DNA of 64,000 bases, taken from IMG/VR virus record IMGVR_UViG_3300005937_000003, positions 17,131-81,130 of that record, one strand, 5' to 3'. This stretch comes from a virus (Duplodnaviria > Caudoviricetes). A program made the position numbers and the translations under genes. The notes beneath the pieces were generated by a model. It was given only the letters and a program-made list of their open reading frames with translations. It had not been told where the DNA came from and did no database searches. Positions 16,959 through 26,044 of the stretch are shown piece by piece (positions within the stretch are counted from its first letter, which is position 1; every line of letters starts with the position of its first letter).

Positions 16959-17153
16959 CTACTTCTTGGGCTTGTGGCAGGCGCACTGGCAGCGGAAGTT
17001 GCGCCCCACGCGGCGGTCCTCCCAGCCTGTGCATTCGGCGTGTAGGTCGCGCAGACGGCGGTGGCGGGCCACGCCAGGCTCGGAGTCAACGATCTCGACC
17101 ACCTGGCCACGCTCGCACAGAATGCTGATGCGCAGCTTGCTGTAGCGGGCCAT
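16959..17153 (-). CDS. Small Cys/His-rich basic protein
   Basis: ATG overlaps the Nudix stop; ends CQCACHKPKK. Confidence 0.55.
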   Translation of the reverse strand: MARYSKLRISILCERGQVVEIVDSEPGVARHRRLRDLHAECTGWEDRRVGRNFRCQCACHKPKK

Positions 17154-17686
17154 CAGTAGCTCTGCGCCTTGATCCAGCGGTTGACGCGGTTGGCCACCGC
17201 GTGGGTGACGGCGTTGCAACCGTGCGGCAGGCGGTCGGCGTCCCACCAGGCCAGTGGGTACTTCTCGTCGCCGTTGGTCACGGGGATCTCGCCCGCCCAG
17301 TCGGTGATCAGGAAGGGGTGGAAGGTGCGCCCGTTGGCGTCTTGGAAGCTGCCCAGGTCGTGCACCTCGGCCGCGAACAGCCCCAGTTCCTCGTACAGTT
17401 CGCGCAGCGCGGCGTGCTTGCCGTCCTCGCCCTTGTCCACGCGGCCTGAGCCGAAGCACCACTGGTTGATGGGCGGCCACGGTGGCAGGCGGAACTCCAT
17501 CAGCACGCGGCCCGTCTCGGGATCGAGCAACACGTAGATGGCGACCTCGGTCTTATTCTCGTAGTGGTCGGCGGCCGCCGACATGCCCTTGTACTTCAGG
17601 ACACCGTCGTCGGGCTTGCTCGCGCCGTTGGCGATCTCGGACAGGCCAGGCAGACTGGCGAAGTCGGAGGCGGTTGGCTGGGTCAT
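17153..17686 (-). CDS. Nudix hydrolase
   Basis: Full Nudix box GRVDKGEDGKHAALRELYEELGL. Confidence 0.9.
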   Translation of the reverse strand: MTQPTASDFASLPGLSEIANGASKPDDGVLKYKGMSAAADHYENKTEVAIYVLLDPETGRVLMEFRLPPWPPINQWCFGSGRVDKGEDGKHAALRELYEELGLFAAEVHDLGSFQDANGRTFHPFLITDWAGEIPVTNGDEKYPLAWWDADRLPHGCNAVTHAVANRVNRWIKAQSY

Positions 17687-17853
17687 GACTGGACATCCTT
17701 GATGGCGAAGCCCTCGGGCCAGCGCTGGTGGCCAGGGCAGTTGGTGGCGGTGCAATTCCAGGCGGCGCACTTGATGCACACGGTGCTGGCAGTCGAGGCC
17801 TGCTCGCGAAGCGGCAGGTGGCCGCACAGGTGGCGGACCTCGGTGGTGTTCAT
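17683..17853 (-). CDS. Small Cys-rich protein, leaderless
   Basis: ATG 7 nt after the GATAAT of promoter A; CIKC/CTATNC. Confidence 0.55.
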   Translation of the reverse strand: MNTTEVRHLCGHLPLREQASTASTVCIKCAAWNCTATNCPGHQRWPEGFAIKDVQS

Positions 17854-17860
17854 GCTCCGC

Positions 17861-17939
17861 ATTATCGCCCCGTCGCGCCTATCCGTCAACCGATTCGGTG
17901 ACAGATTGTGTTAGATGTTTGTAAACGTTGTGGGTGACA
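17861..17939 (-). promoter_or_regulatory. Promoter A with tandem dyad operators
   Basis: TTGACG-N17-GATAAT; dyads at 17884-17903 and 17920-17939. Confidence 0.75.
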
Positions 17940-17942
17940 GAC

Positions 17943-18317
17943 TCAATTGCTGCGCTCGGCTAGCCGCTCTAGCTCGGCCTTGAAGTGCGCCAGTTCCTCG
18001 TCGGAGGCGTTTTCAAGGTGGTGCAGGACCAGTTCGGTCCTAGCCTCGGGCAGCGCTCGCAGGATCTCGTCCAGCTTGAGGTGGACGGCCGCGTTATCCC
18101 TGAGTTGCGTGTTCTGGATGATGAACACCAGCAGGAAGGTCAGCACGGTCGTGCCCGTGTTGATCACCAGTTGCCAGGTGTCCGAGAAGCCGAACAGCGG
18201 CCCGCTGACGGCCCACACCAGGCACGCCAAGACGCTCAGGATGAAGGCGAGCGGATGGCCCGTCCAGACGCCGATCAGCGTCGCGAAGCGGGCGAAGCGC
18301 TCGCCCCAGGCGCTCAC
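17943..18317 (-). CDS. Low-affinity iron permease family (Fet4-like) protein
   Basis: FSDTWQLVINTGTTVLTFLLVFIIQNTQxRDxxAVHLKLDEILRA signature. Confidence 0.88.
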   Translation of the reverse strand: MSAWGERFARFATLIGVWTGHPLAFILSVLACLVWAVSGPLFGFSDTWQLVINTGTTVLTFLLVFIIQNTQLRDNAAVHLKLDEILRALPEARTELVLHHLENASDEELAHFKAELERLAERSN

Positions 18318-18318
18318 C

Positions 18319-18486
18319 TCACAGCAGGCGTGCTAGGGCAAGCCCGCCGAACATGGCGCACAGCTTGGGGTCCATCTGGTTGGTCAGCCACAGCACCACC
18401 GCCGCGATCAGCACGACGATGGCGATCAGGGTGCCGATGGCGCCGCCATATGGCGCGGTCCACAGCACACGTCGTTCTACAGCCAC
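18319..18486 (-). CDS. Small membrane protein
   Basis: GTG after GGAGGTGGGAG; two hydrophobic segments. Confidence 0.6.
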   Translation of the reverse strand: MAVERRVLWTAPYGGAIGTLIAIVVLIAAVVLWLTNQMDPKLCAMFGGLALARLL

Positions 18487-18502
18487 GTACTCCCACCTCC
18501 CT

Positions 18503-20053
18503 TCACGCCGCGAACGGCGGGACACCCGATTGTTCCTCCTCGCCCTCCTCGGTCGTCACGTCCTGGCCGCCCAGCGGTAGCCCGCCGCCCTGCACGCGCT
18601 CCAGCCAGGCCAGGCTACTCAGCACGCGACGGCGCTCGTCCTCGGTGCCCTCGCTGAGCCAGGGCAGGATGGTCGGCACGAAGTCGCGCAGGAACTCGTT
18701 GGCGCCGTCCAGGCTCACCAGGCCCGCCTGGGTGCCCACCTGAAACGCCTGGAACAGCGTCAGGATGGTCTGCGCCACCGCCTGCTCGTCCTTGGCCGCG
18801 ATCTCGGGCCACGACGGCTCGACCTCGTAGGTCAGCAGCGCGGGCATGTCGAAGCCAGGCGCCTTGGCAGCCATCGCCAGGAACATCTCGTGCGTCTCGA
18901 CGTACGGGTCGGTGGTCATCAGCCGCTTACGCTCGATGGTCTTGACGAACGGTCCCATCTGGCTGTCCACGCTCGCCTTGCTGGAGGCGACGGCCGTGCC
19001 CAGCACGAACTCGGGGATCTGCGCGCTCTGGACGATGCAGTAGAACAGGTACTCCAGCAGGATGCCCACGCCCGCCGTGCCAGGCTCGGCGGTGATGTAG
19101 TTGGCGTCCTCACCCTCGGTCAGCAGGAAGATCTCGTGCCCCTGGAAGTTGACGGGCTGACCTGGCTTCCAGCCCGCGAAGTTGTCGGCCAGGAAGCGGT
19201 TGACGTCCTTGAGGGTGAACTTCACTTTCGGCTTGGCGAACAGGCGGATGCCCTGATTGCCGACCATCATGGTGTCGTGGTACGCCCGCAGCAGCGGCTC
19301 CAGCGGTTCGAGGTCGCTCACACCGAATAGCTGGTTCTCCTCGGGTTCGTTCTTGAAGTGCACGACGGGGATGAAGCCCCAAGGGTTCGGCACCTCGTCG
19401 CCTGGATAGCGCTGGCGGATGTCGGCGGGGGCGCGCTCGTCGGCCTTGAGTTGGTACGTCGCGTCGGTCAGCGTCTCGGTGATCACGTAGCTCGGCTGGG
19501 TGTTCGAGTCGGGCCTGTTGGTCGGGTACACGGGGTGGGTGATGATGAGCGCGTCCCACTCGCCCGTGATGGGGTCGAGGACGGGCGTGCACCACTCGGG
19601 ATGCTCCAGGCGGATGTCGAAGCGCTTCTGCTTGCTGAAGCGGTCGTCCACGTAGTCCAGGCGCAGGAAGACGTCGCCGTCGCGCAGCGTATTGCGGTTG
19701 ACGGTCAGGAAGGTCGAGACGAACTTCTGGTCGAACTCGTTCAGCGCCTCGTCGGCCTCGGGCACCTCGGCCTTGCTCTTGAAGTGCGGCACGCCCACGT
19801 AGCCCGCCGTGAAGTTGATGATCGGCCTGGCGAAGTGCGCGCCCAGCTTGTACTGCGGGATCTGGTTGCGGTACAGCTTGCGCGCCCGCCCGTAGTCCAC
19901 CCGTGAGGTGTCGAAGTTGGACTCGCGGTTGGGCCACCAGCCCGTGCCCGTGATCGAGGCGCCGTCCTGGCGCAGCGGGGCGTACGGATCGGTTTCCCCG
20001 TAGGCGATGCGATTCATCGCTCTGGCCAGCGCTCGTGTCAACGGGTTGGGCAT
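18503..20053 (-). CDS. Portal protein (SPP1 gp6-like)
   Basis: 516 aa directly after TerL; GDVFLRL, WGFIPVVHFKNEP and FGVSDLEPL motifs. Confidence 0.88.
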   Translation of the reverse strand: MPNPLTRALARAMNRIAYGETDPYAPLRQDGASITGTGWWPNRESNFDTSRVDYGRARKLYRNQIPQYKLGAHFARPIINFTAGYVGVPHFKSKAEVPEADEALNEFDQKFVSTFLTVNRNTLRDGDVFLRLDYVDDRFSKQKRFDIRLEHPEWCTPVLDPITGEWDALIITHPVYPTNRPDSNTQPSYVITETLTDATYQLKADERAPADIRQRYPGDEVPNPWGFIPVVHFKNEPEENQLFGVSDLEPLEPLLRAYHDTMMVGNQGIRLFAKPKVKFTLKDVNRFLADNFAGWKPGQPVNFQGHEIFLLTEGEDANYITAEPGTAGVGILLEYLFYCIVQSAQIPEFVLGTAVASSKASVDSQMGPFVKTIERKRLMTTDPYVETHEMFLAMAAKAPGFDMPALLTYEVEPSWPEIAAKDEQAVAQTILTLFQAFQVGTQAGLVSLDGANEFLRDFVPTILPWLSEGTEDERRRVLSSLAWLERVQGGGLPLGGQDVTTEEGEEEQSGVPPFAA

Positions 20054-20074
20054 GGGCGGCTCCTCGGCGCCAGT

Positions 20075-21478
20075 CTACGCGAAGCTGCCCGATACGACCG
20101 CCTCGATGGCCTCACGGCTGCCTGGCGATACCATTGCCCGCAGCGGCCACGATGCCAGCGCGAGTGCAGTCACGGTGTCGTCGTGTCCGCCATCTGGGTG
20201 GTCCACGCGGCTCGACTGGCCATGCTTGACGCGGCGCAGGGCGCGCAATTCGTCGCGCAGCCTGGTGAAGCCCGCAGGTAGCTCGAACTTGCGGTTCTGC
20301 AGCAGCACCTGCAGGTTGGAGAGCAGCGCGTTGCGCGACGTCTGCGAGAAGACGTACGGCTCGGCGCCGACGATCTGCTCGGCCACGCCCTTCTCGGTCG
20401 TCGCGTCGATCAACACGCGGGCGTTGTTGAACTCGGCGCGCAGGGTGTTGACGTCGTCCACCACGCTGCCCTCGCCCGTGTAGGGCTTGCCCCTGTAGTA
20501 CAGCCAGCGGGCGATGCGCACGGGCCAGTAGGTGACGTTGAGCACGACGATGGCGGTGTAGTCCTGCACCTGAGCCAGGTCCACGCCGATGACGTAACGG
20601 TGGCCGTTGCCCGCCTCTAGCTCGGGCGGGTAGTCCTCATCGAACAGGTCGGCCAGCAGCGACCAGGCGAAGACCTGCTCGTCGTCGTCCACGAACTGGG
20701 CCAGGTATTCCACCAGCCAGACGTACTCGGGCACCTCCAGCTTGATGCGCTCGATCTCCTCACGCGGCACGGCCAGGTTGTCGAAGACCGTCGCGTGGAT
20801 CGTGCGGTAGTAGCCCGACGGCTCGCTGTAGATGCGCCCGCTGCCGTCCACCAGCACGCGGTTGTCGCCGTTGGCCAGGTTGTGCAGCGTCTGGAAGTAG
20901 TTCTGGCCGTTGGGTGTCGATTCGAGCTTGATGGCCCCGCCTCGGTCCAGCACCATCGCTCGGATGACCTCGTTGTAGACCTTGTCCTTGATGAAGGCGG
21001 CCTCGGTGACGCACACGCCGTTGGCGCCCTTGCCGCGCAGGTACACCCCGTCGCGAGCCGTTGACCTGGCGTGTAGCTCAGAACCCGTCACCAGCTTCAC
21101 GCTCGGGAAGGGGCTGCGCTTGATCGGCCCGTCGAGCAGCGCCTCCATCATGCCGTTAGGGTGCTGGGCGGCCTGCTCGATCTCGTTGAAGTACAGGCTC
21201 GCCTGGTCGAGGCTCGGGCCTGTGACGTACCACGTGTGGTTGGCGTGGGTGGCCAGCGAGTGGACGGCGTCCACCGTCGTCGTCAGGGTCTTGCCCGACC
21301 GCCGTCCCGCCACCTTGGTCGAGATGGTGCCGCCGATGTTGACCGCGTCCACCTGCCACGGCGACGTCCGCAGATCCTTGCCGAAGAAGACCTTGGCGAA
21401 CTCGCACTTGTCGTGGCGGCAGCGCTGGACCACCTGGGCCAGGCGGGCCATCTGCTCGTGGCGCAGCAGCACGGCCAT
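20075..21478 (-). CDS. terL: Terminase large subunit
   Basis: Walker A VAGRRSGKT; ESTPNG; nuclease GVDLAQVQDYT and HDDTVTALALA. Confidence 0.93.
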   Translation of the reverse strand: MAVLLRHEQMARLAQVVQRCRHDKCEFAKVFFGKDLRTSPWQVDAVNIGGTISTKVAGRRSGKTLTTTVDAVHSLATHANHTWYVTGPSLDQASLYFNEIEQAAQHPNGMMEALLDGPIKRSPFPSVKLVTGSELHARSTARDGVYLRGKGANGVCVTEAAFIKDKVYNEVIRAMVLDRGGAIKLESTPNGQNYFQTLHNLANGDNRVLVDGSGRIYSEPSGYYRTIHATVFDNLAVPREEIERIKLEVPEYVWLVEYLAQFVDDDEQVFAWSLLADLFDEDYPPELEAGNGHRYVIGVDLAQVQDYTAIVVLNVTYWPVRIARWLYYRGKPYTGEGSVVDDVNTLRAEFNNARVLIDATTEKGVAEQIVGAEPYVFSQTSRNALLSNLQVLLQNRKFELPAGFTRLRDELRALRRVKHGQSSRVDHPDGGHDDTVTALALASWPLRAMVSPGSREAIEAVVSGSFA

Positions 21479-21570
21479 CAGTGGCGCGTCAGGATGAACA
21501 GGACCGTGCCCAGCATCATGCCGAAGACGAACAACGCCAGGACGGCGTTGATGGCGCGGTCACGGCTCAC
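21478..21570 (-). CDS. 30-aa membrane peptide
   Basis: GTG SRDRAINAVLALFVFGMMLGTVLFILTRH; overlaps both neighbours (GTGA, TGATG). Confidence 0.55.
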   Translation of the reverse strand: MSRDRAINAVLALFVFGMMLGTVLFILTRH

Positions 21571-21758
21571 CTGCCCAGCAGGCGGCGGATGGCGTAGATC
21601 AGGCCCGCCCAGAAGCCGACGCCGATGAGGACGGCGGACGTCATGCCGCGCATACGCAGCACGAAGTCGGGCGAGGATCGGTCGAGGAAGTCGGGGTCGT
21701 CAGGGTACTCGGGATAGTCAGGCGGCGCGGACACCTGGCCGTCGAGATCTATGGGCAC
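21567..21758 (-). CDS. Small membrane protein
   Basis: Acidic N-terminus, C-terminal TM helix. Confidence 0.55.
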   Translation of the reverse strand: MPIDLDGQVSAPPDYPEYPDDPDFLDRSSPDFVLRMRGMTSAVLIGVGFWAGLIYAIRRLLGR

Positions 21759-22156
21759 GGTTGGACCTCACTGGACGAGGCTGCCCCAGGACGGCGCAGG
21801 ACACGTCTACGGGGGCGCTGAGACGATTGTGGGCGCGTGGCCGACGCGATGGCCAGCCTGACGCTGGCGATGTCTCTGGGGTCTGCGGCGTGGCCAAACG
21901 GCGCATCGTTGGTGTTGTGGGGCGCCGCCACCAGCGGCTCGGCCAGCAGGCGCCAGGCGGTAGACGGCTCGACGCCCGTCTGGGTGAAGTCGATACCGCA
22001 CGAGTCGCACACCATCGGTTCGCCACCCTTGAGCGGGCTGCCGTCGAGATGCTCGCAGCGGGCGGCCATGACCACCTCGTTGACACCAGGCAGGTCGCCC
22101 ACGACCACGAAGGCGGTGCCGTGACACTGCTTGCAGATCACGGCCCAGCGCTGCAT
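21749..22156 (-). CDS. Zn-finger-like protein
   Basis: CKQC and CDSC motifs. Confidence 0.55.
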   Translation of the reverse strand: MQRWAVICKQCHGTAFVVVGDLPGVNEVVMAARCEHLDGSPLKGGEPMVCDSCGIDFTQTGVEPSTAWRLLAEPLVAAPHNTNDAPFGHAADPRDIASVRLAIASATRPQSSQRPRRRVLRRPGAASSSEVQPCP

Positions 22157-22159
22157 GGC

Positions 22160-22363
22160 TCACTCGTCAGGCAGCACAGGGACGAGCGGGTTCCACTGCT
22201 CGGTGACCACCAGGGTGTTGCCCACGGCGGCCTTCTCGATCTTGAGTAGCTTGCCGCAGTCGCACAGCACCGTCGTCGTCTCGCCAGGCATCAGCGCGGC
22301 GCTGTGGTGACGATGGCACGTCGGGCACTGGGCGGACGGGTAAGGCGGTGCCTCCTCGGTCAT
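22160..22363 (-). CDS. Zn-ribbon protein, leaderless
   Basis: CPTC...CDCG; TATCGT 8 nt upstream of the ATG. Confidence 0.6.
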   Translation of the reverse strand: MTEEAPPYPSAQCPTCHRHHSAALMPGETTTVLCDCGKLLKIEKAAVGNTLVVTEQWNPLVPVLPDE

Positions 22364-22382
22364 GGCGCCCTACGATAGCAGC

Positions 22383-22484
22383 ATGTTGGCCCAGGTTGTC
22401 GGCGCGATTTACCCCGCCACGATGCTGCTGCTGTTTATCGGGTTCGCGCTGTATTGCCTCTGGATGTCCTGGCGGGGCAACTAG
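22383..22484 (+). CDS. 33-aa counter-oriented membrane peptide, leaderless
   Basis: MLAQVVGAIYPATMLLLFIGFALYCLWMSWRGN; TACGAT 6 nt upstream. Confidence 0.55.
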   Translation: MLAQVVGAIYPATMLLLFIGFALYCLWMSWRGN

Positions 22485-22672
22485 CTGGGCAGTTCGGGCT
22501 GGATCTCGGCGGGATGTAGCTCGGCGTCCTGCTTGACCAGCGCGACCAGTTCGACGCGGCACCGCTCCAGCAGGTCGTAGTCGTCGTCGTCCTCGTCCAC
22601 GATGTCGGCCAGGTACTCCAGCCAGGCCAGCAGCGCCTGGACCTGCGCGGCGTCGAGTTGCCAGTTGATCAT
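22481..22672 (-). CDS. Small acidic protein
   Basis: MINWQLDAAQVQALLAWLEYL...; ATGA overlap. Confidence 0.55.
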   Translation of the reverse strand: MINWQLDAAQVQALLAWLEYLADIVDEDDDDYDLLERCRVELVALVKQDAELHPAEIQPELPS

Positions 22673-22872
22673 GCCCGTGCTCGCGGATGCCACGCGACTG
22701 GCCACCACCAGTCGGTGTAGCCGCGCCACGGCAGCCACACCTGGCTCCAGGCGTCGGCATCGAGTGCCACCAGCAGGCTGCCCAGCGGCGTGTGCACGTA
22801 CAGGCGATTGGGCGGGCTTGGGTCGATGCTGCGGCACTCGGCGTCGCGGGCGCAGTTGTGCACGCGAATCAC
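22669..22872 (-). CDS. Hypothetical protein
   Basis: GTGA overlap with the TerS-like stop. Confidence 0.45.
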   Translation of the reverse strand: MIRVHNCARDAECRSIDPSPPNRLYVHTPLGSLLVALDADAWSQVWLPWRGYTDWWWPVAWHPRARA

Positions 22873-23678
22873 AGCGCGTCCAGCGCCTCGGCGGCGGCGG
22901 GCAAGGCCATCGGCTCGGGCAGATCCTCGCCCAGCAGCAGCGTCCGCAGCGCGCTCGGCAGGTCGCGCCCCTCGGCGTCGGTGAGCGCCTTCTTTTCGAC
23001 CACCAGGCCCTGCAGCCGCGCCTGGTTCATGATGGCCGTGTTGACCGCCTGCAGCACCTGACCCGCCACGCGACGGTACTGCGCGGCGCCCTTGTCGTCG
23101 TGGTGCACACGTTTGAAGGTCGGGTGCGGTTCGATGCACGAGAAGACTTCCCCGTAGGTCACCCCGGGCTGCCCCAGCGGATCGTTCAGCGACATCTCGG
23201 CGGGCCGATGCTCCTGGCGCCCCGTGCACATCACCCGAACGGGCATGTTGAACAACACCGCCTGGGTGTAGGCCTCGTCCTGGCGCAGTAGCTCCAGGCC
23301 GTTGCGGATGACGCCGTCGAGCTTGCGGATGGCCTCGGCGCGCAGTTGGTCCTGAGTGCGGGCGACGCGCAGCAGCCACAGTTCGTTCAGGCGTGCCCAG
23401 TCCTCGATGACCGTCACGTGGTCCCAGCCCAGCGCCCTGGCCGTCTCATAGGCGCTCATGCCCGCCAGGCGATGCTGCTCGACCACCTCCAGGCGACGCA
23501 TCACCCGAACGTCCTGAGTCCAGTGATTGTTCGCGGGACGATAGTCACGGGGTGGCGTATGGCCGTTGACAATCGCTTCGACGTACGGATCGGGCGTGCC
23601 CCTGCGCCGCTTGGCGTTGCGCCTGGCATCGGCGGGCCAGCGCTTGGGCGTGCCGTCGGGATTCTTACCGCGAACCAA
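22869..23678 (-). CDS. Terminase small subunit-like HTH protein
   Basis: HTH-like GMSAYETARALGWDHVTVIEDW; C-terminal AIMNQARLQGLVVEKKALTDAEG; upstream of TerL. Confidence 0.6.
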   Translation of the reverse strand: MVRGKNPDGTPKRWPADARRNAKRRRGTPDPYVEAIVNGHTPPRDYRPANNHWTQDVRVMRRLEVVEQHRLAGMSAYETARALGWDHVTVIEDWARLNELWLLRVARTQDQLRAEAIRKLDGVIRNGLELLRQDEAYTQAVLFNMPVRVMCTGRQEHRPAEMSLNDPLGQPGVTYGEVFSCIEPHPTFKRVHHDDKGAAQYRRVAGQVLQAVNTAIMNQARLQGLVVEKKALTDAEGRDLPSALRTLLLGEDLPEPMALPAAAEALDAL

Positions 23679-23775
23679 TTTCGGCCAGCCCCGGGACGAT
23701 CAGGTGCATCTCCAGCAGCGACACCACGAGGATCACCAGCACGACGGCCAGCGTCCACGGCGGGTCATAGCTCAC
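23665..23775 (-). CDS. Small membrane peptide
   Basis: GTG SYDPPWTLAVVLVILVVSLLEMHLIVPGLAEIGSR. Confidence 0.45.
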   Translation of the reverse strand: MSYDPPWTLAVVLVILVVSLLEMHLIVPGLAEIGSR

Positions 23776-23993
23776 GATTCGCCATACAGTTCGTGCAAGG
23801 CCTGGGCGTTGGCGCTCTCCAGGGTATGCCCTTTGAGCGCGGCGTCCGCGATAGACCACGCCGTGAAGCTCGCCTGACACGCGTTGTGCTCGCACGTCTC
23901 GAACTCCGCGCACACCTTGCCACTGTGGTCCTTGATGCGCTGCAGCGCGGCCGTCAAGCGAGCGATCTCGGCGCGCTGGTCGGCGTACTTCAC
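23772..23993 (-). CDS. Hypothetical protein
   Basis: GTGA overlap; coiled coil then CxxFETCxHxxC. Confidence 0.5.
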   Translation of the reverse strand: MKYADQRAEIARLTAALQRIKDHSGKVCAEFETCEHNACQASFTAWSIADAALKGHTLESANAQALHELYGES

Positions 23994-24220
23994 CCACGGT
24001 AGTCTGGCACAGGTGACGGGTCGGTGCGACGGCGGCCCCTCTGCCACTCGCGGCCCTGCGGGCAGGTGGCGTGGTGCGGCATCTCGGTCGGGACGCGCTT
24101 CTGCACGTCGAAGTCAAACGGCTGGCGGGCGCCCGATGGGTTGACCTTCCACCACACGGCGGCGCCGCAGCTTCTGCAGTAGTTCAGGTTGCCCAGTGGA
24201 CGGTCGTCGGTCATCGTCAT
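23990..24220 (-). CDS. Phage Zn-finger protein
   Basis: CRSCGAAVWW...HHATCP pattern common in phages; GGAGG RBS. Confidence 0.65.
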   Translation of the reverse strand: MTMTDDRPLGNLNYCRSCGAAVWWKVNPSGARQPFDFDVQKRVPTEMPHHATCPQGREWQRGRRRTDPSPVPDYRG

Positions 24221-24291
24221 CTGGTTCAGCCTCCAGTTCGTGGTACGGCCCGTTGCAGTGCACCAGGCATAGCTCGATCAGCGGGGTGCCT

Positions 24292-24615
24292 TCAGGCGTC
24301 CTGCCCGAAGATGCGCGTGTACTCGGCCGCCCACTCCTCGGTAGTGCGGTGGCGCGTCGGCTGGGGCGTCCCACCCCGCCAGTTGAGCGGGGCTTGCCCG
24401 GGGTTGTCCAGGGCCAGCTTCAGGTCGTCGGTGCGCTGGTGCAGCGCGTGCAGCCGTCGCACGGCCTCGACCAGCGCTGCGTGCAGGCCCATGCAGTCGC
24501 GCTCGGTGGCCGCCATGTTCGTGTGCAGCCTGGAGATCAGCACCTCCAAGTTCTCGGCCCGCCGCTTGAAGACGTTGCGCTCGTGGGCCATCTGCTGGAA
24601 GGTCGGCTCGGGCAT
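24292..24615 (-). CDS. Coiled-coil hypothetical protein
   Basis: TGATG overlap with the MazG-like gene. Confidence 0.55.
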   Translation of the reverse strand: MPEPTFQQMAHERNVFKRRAENLEVLISRLHTNMAATERDCMGLHAALVEAVRRLHALHQRTDDLKLALDNPGQAPLNWRGGTPQPTRHRTTEEWAAEYTRIFGQDA

Positions 24616-24956
24616 CAGAAGTCGTCGGCGTCGATGGCCACGATCCAGGCGCACGCCATCGCCGCGACCTGCACCAGTTCCTTGCGTAGCTCGTCCTGGC
24701 GCGTGAAGGCGCCCTTCTCCTGCTCGTAGCGCGCATCGTAAGTCAGCAGATGCGCCACCTCACCCAGTTCCTCCATCAGGATTGGCAGCCACTCGTCGTT
24801 GGTCCAGTGCGCGTCCTCGCGGCTGTTGCCCACGGCGCCGTGCTTCAGGTGGGCGCGAATGCGCTCCTTGTGGACGTCCACGTAGGGCTGCCAGGCCGTC
24901 GCGGGGATCTCGGCCTCACTGGGCACCGTGCGGCCCTTGGCATGCGTTCTCGGCAT
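24615..24956 (-). CDS. MazG-like nucleotide pyrophosphohydrolase
   Basis: ILMEELGEVA...ELRKELVQVAAMA all-alpha NTP-PPase motifs. Confidence 0.82.
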   Translation of the reverse strand: MPRTHAKGRTVPSEAEIPATAWQPYVDVHKERIRAHLKHGAVGNSREDAHWTNDEWLPILMEELGEVAHLLTYDARYEQEKGAFTRQDELRKELVQVAAMACAWIVAIDADDF

Positions 24957-24964
24957 GCCCCCAT

Positions 24965-24984
24965 TGTCACCGATCTGGGTTACG
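24965..24984. promoter_or_regulatory. Dyad operator overlapping the -10 of the MazG-like gene
   Basis: TGTCACC-GATCTG-GGTTACG; GACAAT 6 nt before the ATG on the minus strand. Confidence 0.55.
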
Positions 24985-24993
24985 CTGGCAAGG

Positions 24994-25221
24994 TCACCTC
25001 AGCGGTGGTGGCGGGCCACCCAGTTCCACGAAGAATTGCAGCGTCCTGATGCACTCCAGGCACAGCGTGATCAGGCGGCCGTCCTCCCCGTAGCCATGCC
25101 CGACGCTGGGTTCCCACCAGGCGCGGATGTCGTGCTCCAGGGGCGACCCGTTGCGCAGGTTGCAGCAGAAACACACGTCGGTGTCGATGACAGGCCGATC
25201 CTCGGCCTTGAGTCTGAGCAT
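24994..25221 (-). CDS. Cys-rich hypothetical protein
   Basis: GGAGG RBS; CFCC and CLEC. Confidence 0.55.
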   Translation of the reverse strand: MLRLKAEDRPVIDTDVCFCCNLRNGSPLEHDIRAWWEPSVGHGYGEDGRLITLCLECIRTLQFFVELGGPPPPLR

Positions 25222-25256
25222 GTGCACCTCCCTGAGTGCGGTCAGTTCGGGGCCTC

Positions 25257-25445
25257 TTAGCGTCGGTGGTTACGGATGAATCTCGCCGCGCACACCCAGC
25301 CCAGGATCAGCGGCCCGACGCTCAACATCACCAGCCAGTCCGCAGGCTGTGGGTCTTCCCGCCCGTCCTCGGCGTACTGCGCCCCCAGCAGGCCGAAGCT
25401 CATGCCCCAGTAGGCGGCCAGCGCGATTGGCCACCAGGGGTCCAC
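25257..25445 (-). CDS. Small membrane protein
   Basis: Two hydrophobic helices. Confidence 0.55.
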   Translation of the reverse strand: MDPWWPIALAAYWGMSFGLLGAQYAEDGREDPQPADWLVMLSVGPLILGWVCAARFIRNHRR

Positions 25446-25461
25446 GCCCGCGCATGGTAGC

Positions 25462-25611
25462 TCAGCGCTTCTTGCGGCCGCCGCTCCTGTGACGCTTGCC
25501 GTGGGCCATCGAGTTCGAGATCTTGGCCGCCCGCGTCTTGGACATGCCCTTCTTGCGCAGCCCCTCGTAGACCTTGGGCCACAGGATCGAGTCGTACTTC
25601 TTGCCTGGCAT
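25462..25611 (-). CDS. 49-aa basic protein
   Basis: MPGKKYDSILWPKVYEGLRKKGMSKTRAAKISNS...; GGAGGA RBS; not in the track. Confidence 0.7.
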   Translation of the reverse strand: MPGKKYDSILWPKVYEGLRKKGMSKTRAAKISNSMAHGKRHRSGGRKKR

Positions 25612-25620
25612 CGGTCCTCC

Positions 25621-25896
25621 TCACGCTGGCGCCTGGCTGGCCTGGAAGATGGCCTGGTTGGCGTTGCTCAGCGCGGGGATGAAGCATGCCGCGCACATCA
25701 CCTCTGGCACCAGGCCGTAGGCGTGCTCCAGCCACGTGCGACCCACCAGCGGCAGGCTCTTGAGGCCGCTAGAGGCCACCAGCGCGGCCCTGGAGACGTC
25801 TGGCGTCCCGCACGACTGACAGGTCGGCTTCGATGGTTCAGTGGCCTCCTGGGCCGCCTGTGAGGCCTCCTGGGGCACGGTTGCGTCCTCAGCCAT
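25621..25896 (-). CDS. Zn-finger-like protein
   Basis: CQSC and CAAC. Confidence 0.55.
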   Translation of the reverse strand: MAEDATVPQEASQAAQEATEPSKPTCQSCGTPDVSRAALVASSGLKSLPLVGRTWLEHAYGLVPEVMCAACFIPALSNANQAIFQASQAPA

Positions 25897-26044
25897 CAGG
25901 CATCTCCACGTGGATGCGGTGGCCACACACCAGGCAGTCGAAGATCTCGCACGTGCCGAAGTCGTGGTCCTCGTCCTTGACGTACTCGACGTCGCCGCCG
26001 CAGCGCGGGCAGTCCACCTCGGCGCCCGACCAGCACTTGGTCAC
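25889..26044 (-). CDS. Zn-ribbon protein
   Basis: CPRCGG...CLVCGH; GTGA overlap. Confidence 0.6.
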   Translation of the reverse strand: MTKCWSGAEVDCPRCGGDVEYVKDEDHDFGTCEIFDCLVCGHRIHVEMPDG

